Positions 1-12,560 are shown, numbered from the stretch's first letter. The stretch: 64,000 nt of DNA from Microcaecilia unicolor (GCF_901765095.1 NC_044044.1:26696132-26760131); one strand, 5' to 3'. Translations and numbers: made by a program. The notes: generated by a model not told the origin, from the letters alone.

Positions 1-224
1 ATGGCCAGTAGAAAAACAAAAAAGGAAGTGATGATGCCCCTGTATGGTGAGACCTCATTTAGAATTATTGCGTACAATTCTGGAGGCCAAACCTTCAAAA
101 AGATACAAACAGGATGGAGTCGGTTGTCTTCGTCATAAAGATCGCAATGTGAATGGAAGAAAGGCGGGAGGAGAGGGGAGACACGATAAGAGACGTTTAA
201 ATAGCTACGTGGCATAAATGCACG

Positions 225-525
225 AGGGAAGACTCTTACAACTGAGAGGAAGCTGTAGAATGAAGGGGCACGAGATGAAGGTGACAGAGGACAGACTCAG
301 GAGTAGCTGGAAGAAAATACTTATTCACGGAAAGGGTGGCGAATTCTCGGAACGGCCTCCCAGCTGAGGCGGTGAAAAAGAAAACTCCTATCTGAATTCA
401 AGAAAGCTTGGGACAAGTACATAGGATCTCAAGGGGACAGGAAGGTATGGACAGACTGGGTAGGTCATGTGGAGGGGCATAATCGAACGCCAACGCCCAT
501 ATGTAAAAACGTCCATCTCCGAGAC
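225..525 (+). mobile_element. Second LINE family (L2/CR1-like) 3' fragment
   Basis: Nucleotide homology to 19680-20000. Encodes ...HEMKVTEDRLRSSWKKILIHGKGGEFSERPPS. Confidence 0.6.
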
Positions 526-3500
526 CGGGTCCGTGAAGGGGTGGGCCGAACCGTAATTTCGAAAAAGATGGGCGCCTATCTTTTTTTTTTTTTCCAAAAT
601 ACGGTTTGTGGCAGGCAAAAGCCTTGGATTTGGTCGTTTGTTTGAGCTGGGTGGTTTCGTTTTTCCAGCGATAATCGAAACTGAAGCGGCCCAGCTCAAA
701 AACGAACAAATCCAAGGCTTTGGGTCGTGGGAGGGGCCAGGATTCGTAGTGCACTGGTCCCCCTCACCTGCCAAGACACCAACCGGGCACCCTAGGGGGC
801 ACTTGTTACAAATTTAAATAAACATTAAATTACCTCCCAGGTCCATAGCTCCCTTACCTTGGGTGCTGAGACCCCCAAAGTCCCCCCAAAACCCACTCCC
901 CGCACCCCAGCACCATTACCATAGCACTTATGGGTGAAGGGGGGTACCTACATGTGGGTACAGTGGGTTTTGGGGGGGGGTTAGAGGGCGCCCATTTACC
1001 ACCACAAGTGTTACAGGTGGGGGGGATGGGCCTGGGTCTGCTTGCCTGCCTGCCTGAAGTGCACTGCATTACCCACTAAAACTGCTCCAGGGACAGGACT
1101 TGTTGCTGCTGTATAACCTTGGCACAGCAGTTCACACGTGAAGACTAATCTCGCTGAAAACATCCTTTATTTCAATAACTGCGTTTACTCACAGTTAACT
1201 GCAGATCAGAGGTTGTGCCCCACTGGCAACGAGTCTCCCTGGTACTAAGATTAGCAGTAGGTCAGAGCTGGCAGATTGGTGTACAATGCCCTCTTTCAGC
1301 AACATTCAAGGTAAGAACTAAGTTCTGTAACATGGCTAACACACGAAAGGGATCTAAAACGGACTTACAAAAATGGCCACGACCTCGTGGACTACCGGAA
1401 AAACAACAAGGCACGCTCTGACCCAGGTCAGCAGGGGCAAAAGCACCATGGGAGAAGAGACTACCAACATCGTGAGACTGTAACACAAGCTACTGAAATC
1501 ACGGAATACCCTACACCCACCACAATGCATTGCTGATGTGACCCTGCAGCGCACCCGAGAACCACATCTGACCCAGGGAAAGGATGTGAGAGAATCGAAC
1601 ACATTCTGCTGTCATGGAGGTGGGTACGGAGGTTGAGGGTGGCATACAGGCTAGCAAAACAAGTTTTAAAAATTGTGTTTTTGAGGGTGGGAGGGGGTTA
1701 GTGACCACTGGGGGAGTCAGGGGAGGTGATTCCCGATTCCCTCCAGTGGTCATCTGGCCATTTAGGGCACTTTTCTGGGACCTGTTCGTGAAAAAACAGG
1801 GTCCAAAAAAAGTGACCCACATTCGCGGTACAAACGCCTTTGTTTTTTCGATTATCAGCCGAGGACGCCCATCTCTCCTCGCGCGATAACCACGCCCTAA
1901 CCCCGCCTTCACCAAGCCTCCGACACGCCCCCGTCAACGTTAGTCATTCCTGCGACGGAGTGCAGTTGAAAACGAACCGAATCGGTTTTCGATTATACCG
2001 ATTTGGGCGTTTGTGCCAGAAAGACGTCTATCTCCCGATTTGGGTCGATATATAGGCGTTTTTCTCTTTCGATTATAAGCAGGATAGTCTTTTATCTGCC
2101 TTCCTTTTTAAAATTTTTTCTATGATAGAAAACCTCAGGGCTTTGCCGAGTTATCTGTAAGAAAACGTTCTGGTAAAGAGATTTTTCTCTTACGTACATC
2201 CTACTTTCGCAATAAAAATTCTGAACCTCGTTGCACATGTGTTTTGGTAACTAGAAAGGAGGTGGGGGATGCGAGGGACAATTTTATATTGAATTGGGAG
2301 CAATGGATAATGTGGATTTTGCGTTTTCTTTTTTTTAATGTTTAGTTTATTTTATTGAGTGTTTTAACAAAACAATAAATCACAATTATGCTAGAAATAT
2401 TTTACAATTGCAATAAATTCTTGATTTGTGTATTATCAAAGTGAAGTTTCAACTTAACTATCGACCACTGGTTAAAGAAATTGATCCAAGGTGAAAGATT
2501 ATATGTATAATCTAAAAGGAAATTTTACAGGTAATAAACATTTTTAATGATGCACCCGTCCCGGGTATTTCCTCCTAGTTCGCTAAACTGTGAACTCCAG
2601 CTGTTTGGGGTCAAAGAATTGAAACTGTTTAGACTAAAATATAATTCCAAAGCAAATGAGACCAATAAAGTTGCCCGCTTTGTCACAACCTCCAACGATG
2701 ATTCCAAAAAGGCAGTCAAATTCAACTCTCTGCCATCCGGATTTTGCGTTTTCAAATGGGAAGAGGGGACAGAAGAGGGAAGGAGAAATCCAGGGGCAAC
2801 AGCATTGAAAATCCTCAGACACCAGGTCCGACCTTTTCCCTTTTACCGACTTTGGGTTCTAATCCCTGGCTCTGTCCCCGACACTCTGTATCTGACCCTG
2901 GGGGAATCCTGTATCAGCTGTCCTTCTCCTGAAATGACGGCCTTGCAAGTGATATGGTGCAGACTGTCCCAGTGGCGTCTCCGACATGTCACAAATAGGA
3001 GTCACTATAAATAATTACTTACAGAACAGAAATGAGCTTAACAGTTTTATTTCTCTCAGTGAATAAAGAGACATATTACATATTCAATTTCCATGCTGCA
3101 GATATCTATTCTCATTAGCTCTGTCTGTGCTGCAAGCATCCCCCAGCTCACGTCTCTGTTTTACTACTTATAGATTACCTTTTACTAATTTACTGCAGGG
3201 CAGCAATGGAAGGGAAAGCTTGGGGTGTGTTCTGTGCAGTTATTATAATTTCCTTCAAGGCACAAATTTAAGCAAGGTCTCAAAGACCTTTCATTATCAC
3301 CTATAGCTTCCTGAGAGGACATACTTATATTCAAACTATGTAGTTTATATGATTTTTTTTGTTATTTTGTTTCTTTTAACATGTTTTTCTTGTTTTATTA
3401 CATTGTTGTAAAGTTTGATTATGCATTTTATTATTTGTAAACCACTCAGATGTTCTCAACGGGCAATATATCAAAATTGACGTGGAAACCGAAGCACGGC

Positions 3501-3686
3501 CTGATTATTCTCACTCTCTCTGCCTTGTGGCTCCCAACACAACACATCTCGCGCATCCTTTTCCACTGCCGCTCTGCAGTGACCGAGCGATAAAGTGGAT
3601 TTGGCCAGTAAAGTGAGCAAGTCCGAGGCTGCTGATCCCTCGCGCGCTACAATTGTTTCCAGGAGTGGTCATCCCCGACAAGTCTT

Positions 3687-3803
3687 CTACGGGGAGGTCA
3701 AGAAGTAGACGTTTCCCAAAGTGTCTCCACACATGATCTCCGATGAGGAACGGGGGCTGGGCTGAAGGCAGGAGACCGACCCATCGCAATGGAAGAGACC
3801 CAC
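3687..3803 (-). CDS. TEP1: TEP1 last coding exon e53 with stop codon (VGLFHCDGSVSCLQPSPRSSSEIMCGDTLGNVYFLTSP*)
   Basis: Matches the human C-terminus LGLFRCEGSVSCLEPWLGANSTLQLAVGDVQGNVYFLNWE*. Stop codon TAG at 3687-3689. Minus-strand AATAAA at 3404-3409. Confidence 0.85.
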   Translation of the reverse strand: MGLFHCDGSVSCLQPSPRSSSEIMCGDTLGNVYFLTSP

Positions 3804-4052
3804 CTAGACAGACAGACAAGGTATAAAATACAAAAGGTTAGACATCATTATTACCAATGCAAACCTCGCCTAGGGCTGTCCGCTCCCCCCAAGTCAACTC
3901 AATGGGTTGATCCAGTCCTGGGTTTGTCCATTACAGATCCCTGCATTGCAATTTGGAACAGACAAACCAAATGCCAGGCTTAGTTCGGCACTGATCCAGG
4001 GTTGGGGGGCAGCGACAGCCCTGCTCCTGTGTCCTAGGGCTTCTGCTCTCAC

Positions 4053-4157
4053 CTGCTTCAGACTCTGCCGGTCCCAAAGCTTAACGTCCCCATCCAGCGA
4101 GGCGGTGATGATGAGGTCATCGAGCACTTGCAGGGCTGTGATCACATCACTGTGAAT
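4053..4157 (-). CDS. TEP1: TEP1 penultimate exon e52 (IHSDVITALQVLDDLIITASLDGDVKLWDRQSLKQ)
   Basis: Matches human IHSGSVTALHVLPELLVTASKDRDVKLWERPSMQ. Donor GTGAGA. Confidence 0.85.
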
Positions 4158-5010
4158 CTGGGGTTCGGGGAGGGGGGGTGAGAGGGAGAAACAGAGAGGA
4201 TCAGTGATTGCCTCGGAGGCTGTGCTGGAGGATTTCAAGCAACACTGAGGTTTCACATCTAATGATCTCAGGAGGGGGACACAATACATAAGAGAAAGGG
4301 GTACGCTCTATGATGATAAGAGGTACACCCAGGAAATATTTATTTTACAAAAGGGCAGCTCAGCTCCCTTTTTCAGATCTCTGCCACTTTACCTTGGGAC
4401 GGCCAACCCAGTTGAAACCATCTCACACCTCACATGATGGTAATCTGCTTTCCTTCCAACCTTCAGCCCCATAACTAATCACCGACTTAGCGGGGCCCCC
4501 AGAGACCCCCCCCCCATCCCACTCATCAATTCCAAGGCGGCTTCTGCCATCTCTGCAGAGAATCCCCTGCCTGCCATCCATTTCTCATCAGGAAAGTAGG
4601 CAAATGAATGTAGCTCTGAAATCCAGAATGCACGATTCAGGGTGAGAAGAGGGCACGAGCCTGAAATCAGGGTGAGAAGGGGGGCACGATCCTGAAATCA
4701 CAGTCTTCCCAAACAGGACGGAGACTGGGACAACCTGGAATATTCAGGCGGGAGTCGAGAAATAAATGAACTTGCAGCTTTTCTGTCCTTTTAAAATTTT
4801 AAACCCCGGCTCTTCCCAATTGTGTCCTTGTTAAGTTTAACCATGATAAATGTAATACATACATTTCCTGAAAATTCTTTGTGCATTTTTGTCTGCCTTG
4901 ACGTAACTGTAAGGTCCACAGGGGCAGGGACTGCCCTGAATGCTTATCAATATAGTGTTACAGATATCCAGAAGCACTATATAGACATGATCAAATGGGA
5001 GTAACTGTAC

Positions 5011-5076
5011 CTGCTTTGTCTCCCAGCTCTGCACCTCCAGCACACTGAGGTCCGACGACTTTTCAGTGTGTTTCAC
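5011..5076 (-). CDS. TEP1: TEP1 exon e51, tentative (VKHTEKSSDLSVLEVQSWETKQ)
   Basis: 66-nt open exon with acceptor cctccccag and donor GTACAG. In phase with the penultimate exon. Corresponds to the low-complexity human segment before IHSGSVTALHVL. Confidence 0.4.
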
Positions 5077-5325
5077 CTGGGGAGGGGACAGAAAAAAAAA
5101 AGAAAATTTATATTTAAGAAAAGACAAGTTAGACATTGGTTTGACAGGAAGCAGGACGGAGGTGGTGTTTTTCTCCTGGGACAAGCATGGTGCTTTCTAG
5201 GCAGCATGAGGCAAGGAGCGGGGAACTGGAAATTGGAAATTAGGGGCTATGGCAGGCAACCACAATTTGTGGTAATCAAATCAGAAATAAGACAGTCAAA
5301 TGGACATGGATACCTGGACTACCAC

Positions 5326-5685
5326 CAGTGGCATAGCCACAGGTGGGCCTGGGTGGGCCGGGACCCACCCACATAGGGCTCAGGCCCACCCAACAGTAGT
5401 ATACGTTTAGCAGTAGCTGGTGGGGATCCCAATCTCTGCCAGCTGAAGACTTCCCCATGATGGTAACGAAAATGCTGCTCTCCACGATACTGGCACCTAC
5501 GCATGCTCAGTTTTCAGTTCATGTCTGCTGCAGACTGCCAAGGTGGAGAGAAGCATTTTTCCACCAGCTGAGATATTTTTTTTGGTAGGCTGGAGAACAC
5601 TTGGTGCCCACCCACTTCTTGCCTAGGCCTACCCAAAATCTGCTGTCTGGCTACGCCCCTGACTACCACTACAGCAACAGGCTGG
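5326..5685. mobile_element. MITE-like element with terminal inverted repeats CAGTGGCRTAGCCA...TGGCTACGCC
   Basis: Begins cagtggcatagccacaggtggg and ends gtctggctacgcccctgactacc (reverse complement). Same termini as copies at 21935, 47338 and 57518. Confidence 0.65.
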
Positions 5686-5699
5686 GCTGGATCCTCCCA

Positions 5700-6200
5700 G
5701 GGCCGGTCTTAAGGTGAGGCGACCGAGGCAGCTGCATAGGGCCCGCATTCAGGGGGGCCCCCGCGCGGCGCGCCCCGACCGCCTGAGCTCCAGTCCTCCC
5801 TCCCTCCCAACGGTGTGCGCGACGGCGGCGTGGTGGGGCGGACCGCCCCAGATGTCAGCGGGTGGGGGGGGGGGGGTGCTCCGAGTCCATTCCCGCTGCT
5901 CCCACCCTGTCCTGCCTTTAAAAAAACAATTTCGAAGCACCGGAGTGACAGGCAGCACCTCGCGTCTGCCCTGCTACTAAAAATCTCTTCGACGTCGTTG
6001 GGCCTCTTCACATTGAGTCCCGCCCTCCTCTGAGGTAACTTCCAATTAGCGCAAGGGCAAGCGGGACACAATGTGGGAAGGCCCGAACGACGTCAAAGAG
6101 ATTTTTAGTAGCAGGGCAGACGCGAGGCGCTGCCTGTCACTCTGGCTCTTCGAAATTGTTTTTTTAAAGGCAGTGAGGGTGGTGGGCGGCAGGAGAATGG
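5700..6200. repeat. Large GC-rich inverted repeat (foldback) centred at about 6040
   Basis: Arms ...cctttaaaaaaacaatttcgaagcaccggagtgacaggcagcacctcgcgtctgccctgctactaaaaatctcttcgacgtcgttgg and the reverse complement ...ccgaacgacgtcaaagagatttttagtagcagggcagacgcgaggcgctgcctgtcactctggctcttcgaaattgtttttttaaagg. Confidence 0.75.
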
Positions 6201-7250
6201 AGCTGGTAGGTGGGTCGGGGGGGAGGGACTCAGATGGGAGAAGGGTGTGGGGTGGGGGGTTCTCAGGTGGGGAGGGGGTTCTCAAATGGGAAGGAGACTG
6301 AGGTGGGGAGGGGGTTCACGGATGGGAGAAGGAGGTGGGAAGGGGGTTCTTGGATGGTTGAAGGGGACTGTGGTTGGGGAGGGATTCTCGGATGAGAGAA
6401 GGGGACGGGTGGGGAGGGGATTGGGGTTCTTGGATGGGAGAAGGGGACTGAGGTGGGGAGGGGGTTCACGGATGGGAGAAGGAGGTGGGGAGGGGGATGG
6501 TTGAAGGGGACAGGTGGGGAAGGGACTGGGGTTCTTGGATGGGAGAAGGGGACTGGGGAGGGGGTTCTCGGATGGGAGAAGGGGAGTGGCACTGGGGTCT
6601 GAGAAGGGGCAATATGGGAAAATGGGGGCCATGCCTGGGGCTGGTGGGAAAATGGGGCATGCGTGGGTCAGGTGGGATAATGGTTCTAAAAAGGGGGGCC
6701 CTAATACAAGGCATGTGGATGAAGGGGGCTGGAACTGGGGGCTGAAAAGGAGGGTAGGTGGGATAAGGGGGCTAGTACTGGGACTGGAGGCTGAAAAGGG
6801 GCAGGGGCTGAAACTGGGGACTGGGGGCTGAAAAGGGGACAGGGAGAAGTGGCTGGGGGGCTGAAGCTCGGGACTGGTGGGAGAAAAGGGCTGGGGCTGA
6901 AATGGGGGACTGGTGGGATAGTGGGGCTGGAACTGGGGGCTGAAAAAAAGGGGCGGACAGAGGGGGCAGATCCTGGATGGGGGAGCAAGAGGGAGGGCAA
7001 ACCCTGGATGGATGGTAGAGGGAGGGCAAATGGTGGATTGAAGGGGGAGAGAGAGAGGGCAGACAGGGGTGGATGGAAGGGGCAGAGATAGAGGACAGAT
7101 GTGGATGGAAGACGCAGGGAGAGAGGGCAGACATTGGATGAAGGGGACAGCAGAGAGGGCAGACACTGGATGGCAGAGAGCGAAGACAGATGCTGGATGG
7201 AAGGAAGACAGTGAAAAGAAGATGAGGAAAGCAGAAACCAGAGACAACAA
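6180..7250 (+). repeat. G-rich degenerate tandem array (units like gggagaaggggactgaggtggggagggggttc); C-rich on the TEP1 sense strand
   Basis: Visible periodic GGGAG/GGGG blocks. Produces the spurious 322-aa P/S-rich minus-strand ORF 6282-7250. Confidence 0.8.
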
Positions 7251-7974
7251 ACTGTAAATATATATTTTTATTATTTTGCTTTAGGATATAGTATTGTAGC
7301 TGTGTTAATAAATGTTTATAAATAGAACATGTAAATAAGGTAATCTTTTTATTGGACTAATTTTAATACATTTTACTTTCAGAGAACAAAACCCCCTTCC
7401 TCAGGTCAGGATAGGACACTAACAGTACTATACTGAATTGACCTGAGGAAGGAGGTTTTGGCCTCTGAAAGCTAAATGTATTAGTCCAATAAAATGATAT
7501 TATTTGTTTTATTTCTATTTGTTAATTTGTAAAGTGGTGATTTGTGTTAGTTTTTTTCAAATTTACATCTGCTGTCTTTATATTTTGCACAGTACTAGGG
7601 GACAGTTTCTGTTTCTGTGGTGTTGCATTGTATGCAGAGTCTGGCATTGGGGGTTCAGTTTAATTTTTGTCTAAATAGAAAGTTTATGATTACTTATTCT
7701 ATAGTGGATTAGGGTGTATCTGTGTTTGTGAAAAAGACATGGCTTTCAGTTGGCATTGACTGTGCAGGATCTACGATCTGTACTATTCTGTCTGGTTTCG
7801 TTTTACAATAGGTGAATTGATGTTCTAGTGCTCACTGTAGTGTTTAAGATGCTTTCCTTTTCCTTGTGTGACTCGTAGAAATTACTGCTTATGGTATGGT
7901 AGAATTGCTCTATAGGTCCTGAGTGTTTTGTATTCTCGCCATACCTAGTACTGGATTTTGGAAGGGGGTGTTAA

Positions 7975-8160
7975 AAAATGACCGGGAGGGAGGGAGGGGG
8001 GCCTTGGAGCTGGGAGGGAGGGAGGCCTTGGAGCTGTGGGGGGAGGGAGGGAGGGGGGCCTTGGAGCTGGGGGCCTTAGAGCTCGGAGGGAGCCGCCCGG
8101 GAGCTCGGAGGGAGGGGTGGCCGGCCCTGGAGCTAGGGTGGGGGTGGAGCAAGGATGGGG
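7975..8160 (+). repeat. About 30-bp tandem repeat (gggagggagggaggggggccttggagctg)n
   Basis: About 6 direct copies. Confidence 0.8.
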
Positions 8161-9130
8161 GCAGGGCTAGGGTGGGGCCCCATCAAATTGGTCTGCATAG
8201 GGCCCCGCACTTGCTAAGACCGGCCCTGGATCCTCCGACCATGCCGTGCTCCTCCGCCATGCCAGCTGCACCTTCTGACCATGTTGTGCCCCTCCCATGC
8301 CAGACTGGACCCTCTGACTACACCATGACCTTCCCTCATTATTATTCTTATCATCATCTTCTTTGACCATTTTTCACGTTTTCAATCCAGACTTCTTGCT
8401 GGAATCAACATCAATTTTTCCCCTCACTTGTTCCCCCCACCAATCATCCCCCTCACCAGAGGATCCTCACCTCCCAACTTTCCCGCTAACCTCGCCCTCA
8501 CAGATCCCCCTCTTCTCCCCCCCCCCCCCCTTACCTTTTTCTTTTTCCTGGTCACAAATTCAACATCCCACTCGTCCCTGTCGAAATCTCTCTTCGCCAC
8601 TCGCCGAGTTTCTACCCAGAGGCGCCCGCCAGAGTCCGCCAAACCTGTGCGGAATGAAGAGAAGGGGGATGGGGAGGGAGTGAAGAAGTGGGGAAACACA
8701 TAGGAAGCTCTCAGAGGGGGCATGTGCACTCGTGAACCTCATACAGTGGCCAGAGGCGGGAGTGGCACCTAAAGAGCCAACAGCTAGGCTGGACTTGCTG
8801 CTCCTGACCGACTCCCAGGTTCCTCAGTGCCCCTCCTGTTCTCTGCACCATGTGACGCTCTTATTCCCATAAGAGGGTCTCATGTTCTATTTACTGACAT
8901 CACTGCAGATCAACAGAAGTGAACCCTAAATAAAAATTCATCAATATAAGTACTTTTGATGGATTCTGTTAGGTTATTTTGCGCCTTTTAATTAATAGAA
9001 TGCAAAGAGAGAACTTTTTTTTTAGCAGTCAATATAAACAAACTGAGACTTGCCAGAAGGCTTCCTTCCTAACCTCTTATCCTTCTGCCACTACCCTTCC
9101 CTCCTTCCCCCAACTGAAATTCACTCCTAC

Positions 9131-9236
9131 CGAATTCAGGGTGAGCCTGTGTGATCCGGTGAAGGCGCTCGGTGGCTTTCCATGAACCAAGATCTACCAG
9201 TACCCCAGCCTTGAGGTCCCCAGCTTCTGTCATCCG
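9131..9236 (-). CDS. TEP1: TEP1 exon e50 (RMTEAGDLKAGVLVDLGSWKATERLHRITQAHPEF)
   Basis: AGVLVDLGSWK corresponds to human DGILWNLAKCS. Ends in phase 1, so one or more downstream exons between 9130 and 5080 remain unplaced. Confidence 0.65.
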
Positions 9237-9333
9237 CTAACGAGAGAGAGAGAACGCAGGGAGGATGTGTTATAACGAGGGAGGGTGGCCAGTGGCTGGA
9301 GGTTGGTAGAGATGGGGGGGAGGAGATACTCAC

Positions 9334-9442
9334 AATCAGATGTAGCGCGGGATTCTGGGAGTTCTCCAGCAGACACATCTGGTCGCCCGCCCTGGCAGTG
9401 ACCTGGGAGTAGAAGACCTCAGACTGGTATCCCAGGCTACAA
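9334..9442 (-). CDS. TEP1: TEP1 exon e49 (CSLGYQSEVFYSQVTARAGDQMCLLENSQNPALHLI)
   Basis: SEVFYSQ corresponds to human SEIWSSY. Donor GTGAGT, phases consistent. Confidence 0.75.
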
Positions 9443-9480
9443 CTGTGAAGGTTAGGAGGGAGAAGTCAGGGAGGCTGGTT

Positions 9481-9655
9481 CAAACCCCACTGCCACTCTT
9501 TGCGATCTTGGGCAGGTCATTTAACCCTCCAATGCCTCAGGTACAAACTTAAGACCGTGAGCCCTCTGGGGACAGGAAAATACCTTATGTACCTGCATGT
9601 AACTCACCTTGAGCTACAACTGAAAAGGTGTGAGCTAAACCCCAAATCCCTTCCC
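9481..9655 (+). mobile_element. tRNA-derived SINE, 3' partial copy
   Basis: ...cttgggcaggtcatttaaccctccaatgcctcaggtacaaacttaagaccgtgagccc... Confidence 0.6.
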
Positions 9656-9762
9656 TTCCCCATGCACCAACTACTACAACAGCCATGCTCGAGACAGGAG
9701 CAGATCTGGAATACCGAAGCCACCTCCCCAGGATTTAACCTTCCCCTCCCCACCTGAATTAC

Positions 9763-9903
9763 CTGACTGACTGCAAGTGGCCTTTCTCTGGATGCAGGAT
9801 CAGCAGGTCACCCCAAACAGTCCCCAACATGGCACAGAAAGTGGGTGCAAGTCCTATATCCGTCACCAGGCTGTTTATATTCAGGCTGTAACGCTGGCGT
9901 GGC
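9763..9903 (-). CDS. TEP1: TEP1 exon e48 (PRQRYSLNINSLVTDIGLAPTFCAMLGTVWGDLLILHPEKGHLQSV)
   Basis: Matches human APGNLSLHLNRILQEDLGVLTSLDWAPDGHFLILAKADLKLL. Confidence 0.8.
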
Positions 9904-10287
9904 CTGTACTCAGGAAGCAGGAAAAGAAACAAGCCGTCACCTTTCAACCGCACGAAAACCGATCTCCTCCCACACTTGCTCTCACTCTTTGGCTTTTCAA
10001 AAAATGTATTGCAATTAAAAATTTGGATGCTGTGAATGTCATTTCCTGTACGACTTAAAACCATCCTGATATCACTTCCTTAGGATGTGTGACATCACTA
10101 CCCGTGAGACACACCCACTGTGAGTTATAGCTTGTGACATCACTTCCTCAGAGTTCCAGATGCTGCTATATCACTTCCTGTGACATCAGAGTTGGTCTAA
10201 TTTCTAGAATACAGGCAAATTCCTCTGGTTCCACCCCTCCCCCCCCCCCCCTTCCCAATCTGATTTACTCACTGTGTGGGCTCCCAC

Positions 10288-10394
10288 CTGTGCAAATAAT
10301 CCAGGTCCCACTGGTAGACTTTCAAATCGTCTGATGCCACCAAGAAACTGCACGGCGAGGTAAAGAGGACGGCACGGACAGCACACTTACTGAC
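10288..10394 (-). CDS. TEP1: TEP1 exon e47 (VSKCAVRAVLFTSPCSFLVASDDLKVYQWDLDYLH)
   Basis: Matches human APGHIGALIWSSAHTFFVLSADEKISEWQVKLRK. Acceptor ctccag, donor GTGGGA. Confidence 0.8.
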
Positions 10395-10589
10395 CTGGAG
10401 CAATGGGAAGGGTAGAGGAGAGAAACACAGAGCGTGAAAGTGGAGCAAAGGGGGCAAAGCCCAGCCGTGGCATTGCTGCCCAACACGAAATTGAACTCCA
10501 GTACTTAGTGGTTTAAAACTGGCAGGAATGGAGGAGAGGGAGTGAGGTCAGAAAACCTATTAGGCATCCCTTCTCATCTAGAACTTCTA

Positions 10590-11010
10590 ACTTCAATCAG
10601 GGCCGCCGAGAGACTGGGCCAGGCCCGGGAGAAGGCCGCCCCTGGGCCCCCCCCCCCCCACCTGAGGTCGCCGGGCCCCCCTCCACCCGCCACCGGGCCA
10701 AGCCCTCTCTCCACCCCCGGGCCCTCTGCACTGACCTTAAGCGCCTCACCTTCGAAGGCAAGCAGCGGCTGACCACTCCTTCCTTACGTGTCCCGCCCTT
10801 GCGGAAGTTACGTCAGGCAAGGGTGGGACACGGAAGGAAGGAGTGGTCTGCTGCTGCTTGCTGCACTTTCGAAGGTGAGGCGCTTAAGTTCAATGCCAGG
10901 GAGCAACGGAGGGCGGGCGGGCCGGACTGCCGCGATGGCGCCGGGCCCCCCCCCCCCCTGGAGGCCCGGGGAATTTTGTCCCCCCCCTGTCCCCCCTCTC
11001 GGCGGCCCTG
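10590..11010. repeat. GC-rich foldback repeat (centre about 10800); related copy in opposite orientation at 33350-33640
   Basis: Arms cttaagcgcctcaccttcgaagg... and ...ccttcgaaagtgcagc... are reverse complements. Shares gggccgccgagagactgggccaggcccgg with 33600. Confidence 0.65.
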
Positions 11011-11999
11011 ACTTCAATGCTGTACCTCCTGCCCAAGTTGCTTTGTGGAACTCGATTCTCTTGGACCTTCCAACAGAAGCGTTTCCTTTAGGAAATTCAC
11101 AGCTCTTTGGGAAAAAAAACGACTTACCACTTTCACCAAAGTCTCTCCCTCTACAAATGAATGAGCTGAGACCTTAACACTGACCGTCACCCTCGCACAG
11201 CAACCCCGTTCATGTCTGTACACTTAACATTCCCTCCCATCTTATTGTACCTTAAGGTCAATTAAATTCTCTCTCTTTCATTACTTAATTTATAACTTAG
11301 GCCTTCTTATGTGGGCCTTCATTCTCTTACCCCAGTTTTTAAATAATTATTATAAACCACCGAAAACTCAGACCGGTTTGAGTCTCCCTCCAGAAACAGA
11401 GTCACTTGGTGACCCAATGAAAAAAGCAACCCAACTAAATGGTAGAAGAAAAAAATTGTTTTTAACAGACTCCGAAAGGAAAACATACATAGTAACATAG
11501 TAGATGACGGCAGAAAAAGACCTGCACGGTCCTTCTAGTGTGCCCAACAAGATAAACTCACATGTGCTACTTCTTGTGTATACCTTACCTTGATTTGTAT
11601 CTGCCATTTTCAGGACACAGACCGCAGAAGTCTTGCCCAGAACTAGCCCCACCACCCAAACACCAACGGCTAAGCTCCTGAGGATCCGTTCCTTCTGCAC
11701 AGGATTCCTTTATGTTTATCCCACACATGCTTAAAACACCAGTGAATCCCACAAAGCATATAATTAGTCAATACAAAAATACAAACACGAGTTTAAACAC
11801 TCGTCCGTTTTAAAGGGCCATCGGAGACCAGGTCATATCGCCTTGGCTTCAATATAATCGCTGGAAACTTCTTTTTATTAAAAAAAAAAATTATGCATAA
11901 CACCAAAAACTGCTTAGCCAAATAAAGCGATATTTATTTATTATTACATTTGTACCCCGCGCTTTCCCACTCAAAGCAGGTTCAATGCGGCTTACATAG

Positions 12000-12560
12000 T
12001 AACTAGCCGTTGAGCCCGTAAAAACGGGCTGGTATAGAGGTTTTCCTCCCCCCGCGGTCACCACCACTCCCCTCCCCCCCGCGAAGTCGCCACCGCTCCC
12101 CCCCCCCCTCGAAGTCGTCGCCGCTGCCACCCCTCCACCTGGTCCGGGCCCTCTCTTCACTTCTGAACTTACAGATCCATTCGCCGAACGCAGGCAACGC
12201 ACATCAGCTGAGCTGCCCCTTCCTTCTCTGCCTGTGTGTGTCCCGCCCTCGCTGACGTTACGTCACAGGAGGGCGGGGCCACAGGCAAAGAAGGAAGGGC
12301 TCACTGCAGCTCAGCTGATGTGCGTTGCTGCGTTCGGCGAATGGATCTGTAAGTTCAGAAGGGAAGAGAGGGCCCGGGCCGGGTGGAGGGGTGGAGGGGT
12401 GGCGGCGGCGACTCCGAGTGGGGGGGGGAGCGGTAGCAACGTCGGCGGCGCAGTTTCCCTCTCTGTCCCGCCCCCCCCCCCCGTCATCACATATTGACGC
12501 GGGGGCGGGACAGAGAGGGAAGTCTCTACTGCGCATTTGCGAGTGAGTACGGTCACTCGC
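12000..12560. repeat. Foldback repeat (family with central palindrome ...gtcccgccctcgctgacgttacgtcacaggagggcggg...)
   Basis: About 250-bp arms are reverse complements (…cattcgccgaacgcaggcaacgcacatcagctgagctg… / …cagctcagctgatgtgcgttgctgcgttcggcgaatg…). Second copy at 39640-40205. Confidence 0.75.

Noticed and set aside
4610-4700. Short tandem duplication gcacgattcagggtgagaagagggcacgagcctgaaatcagggtgagaaggggggcacgatcctgaaatcac
   Set aside because: Only about 2 copies, in the intron between the last TEP1 exons. Too small to interpret.
6282-7250. 322-aa minus-strand ORF (P/S-rich) and overlapping G/W-rich plus-strand ORFs
   Set aside because: Translation of a G-rich tandem array. Low-complexity, no splice logic, lies inside a TEP1 intron.
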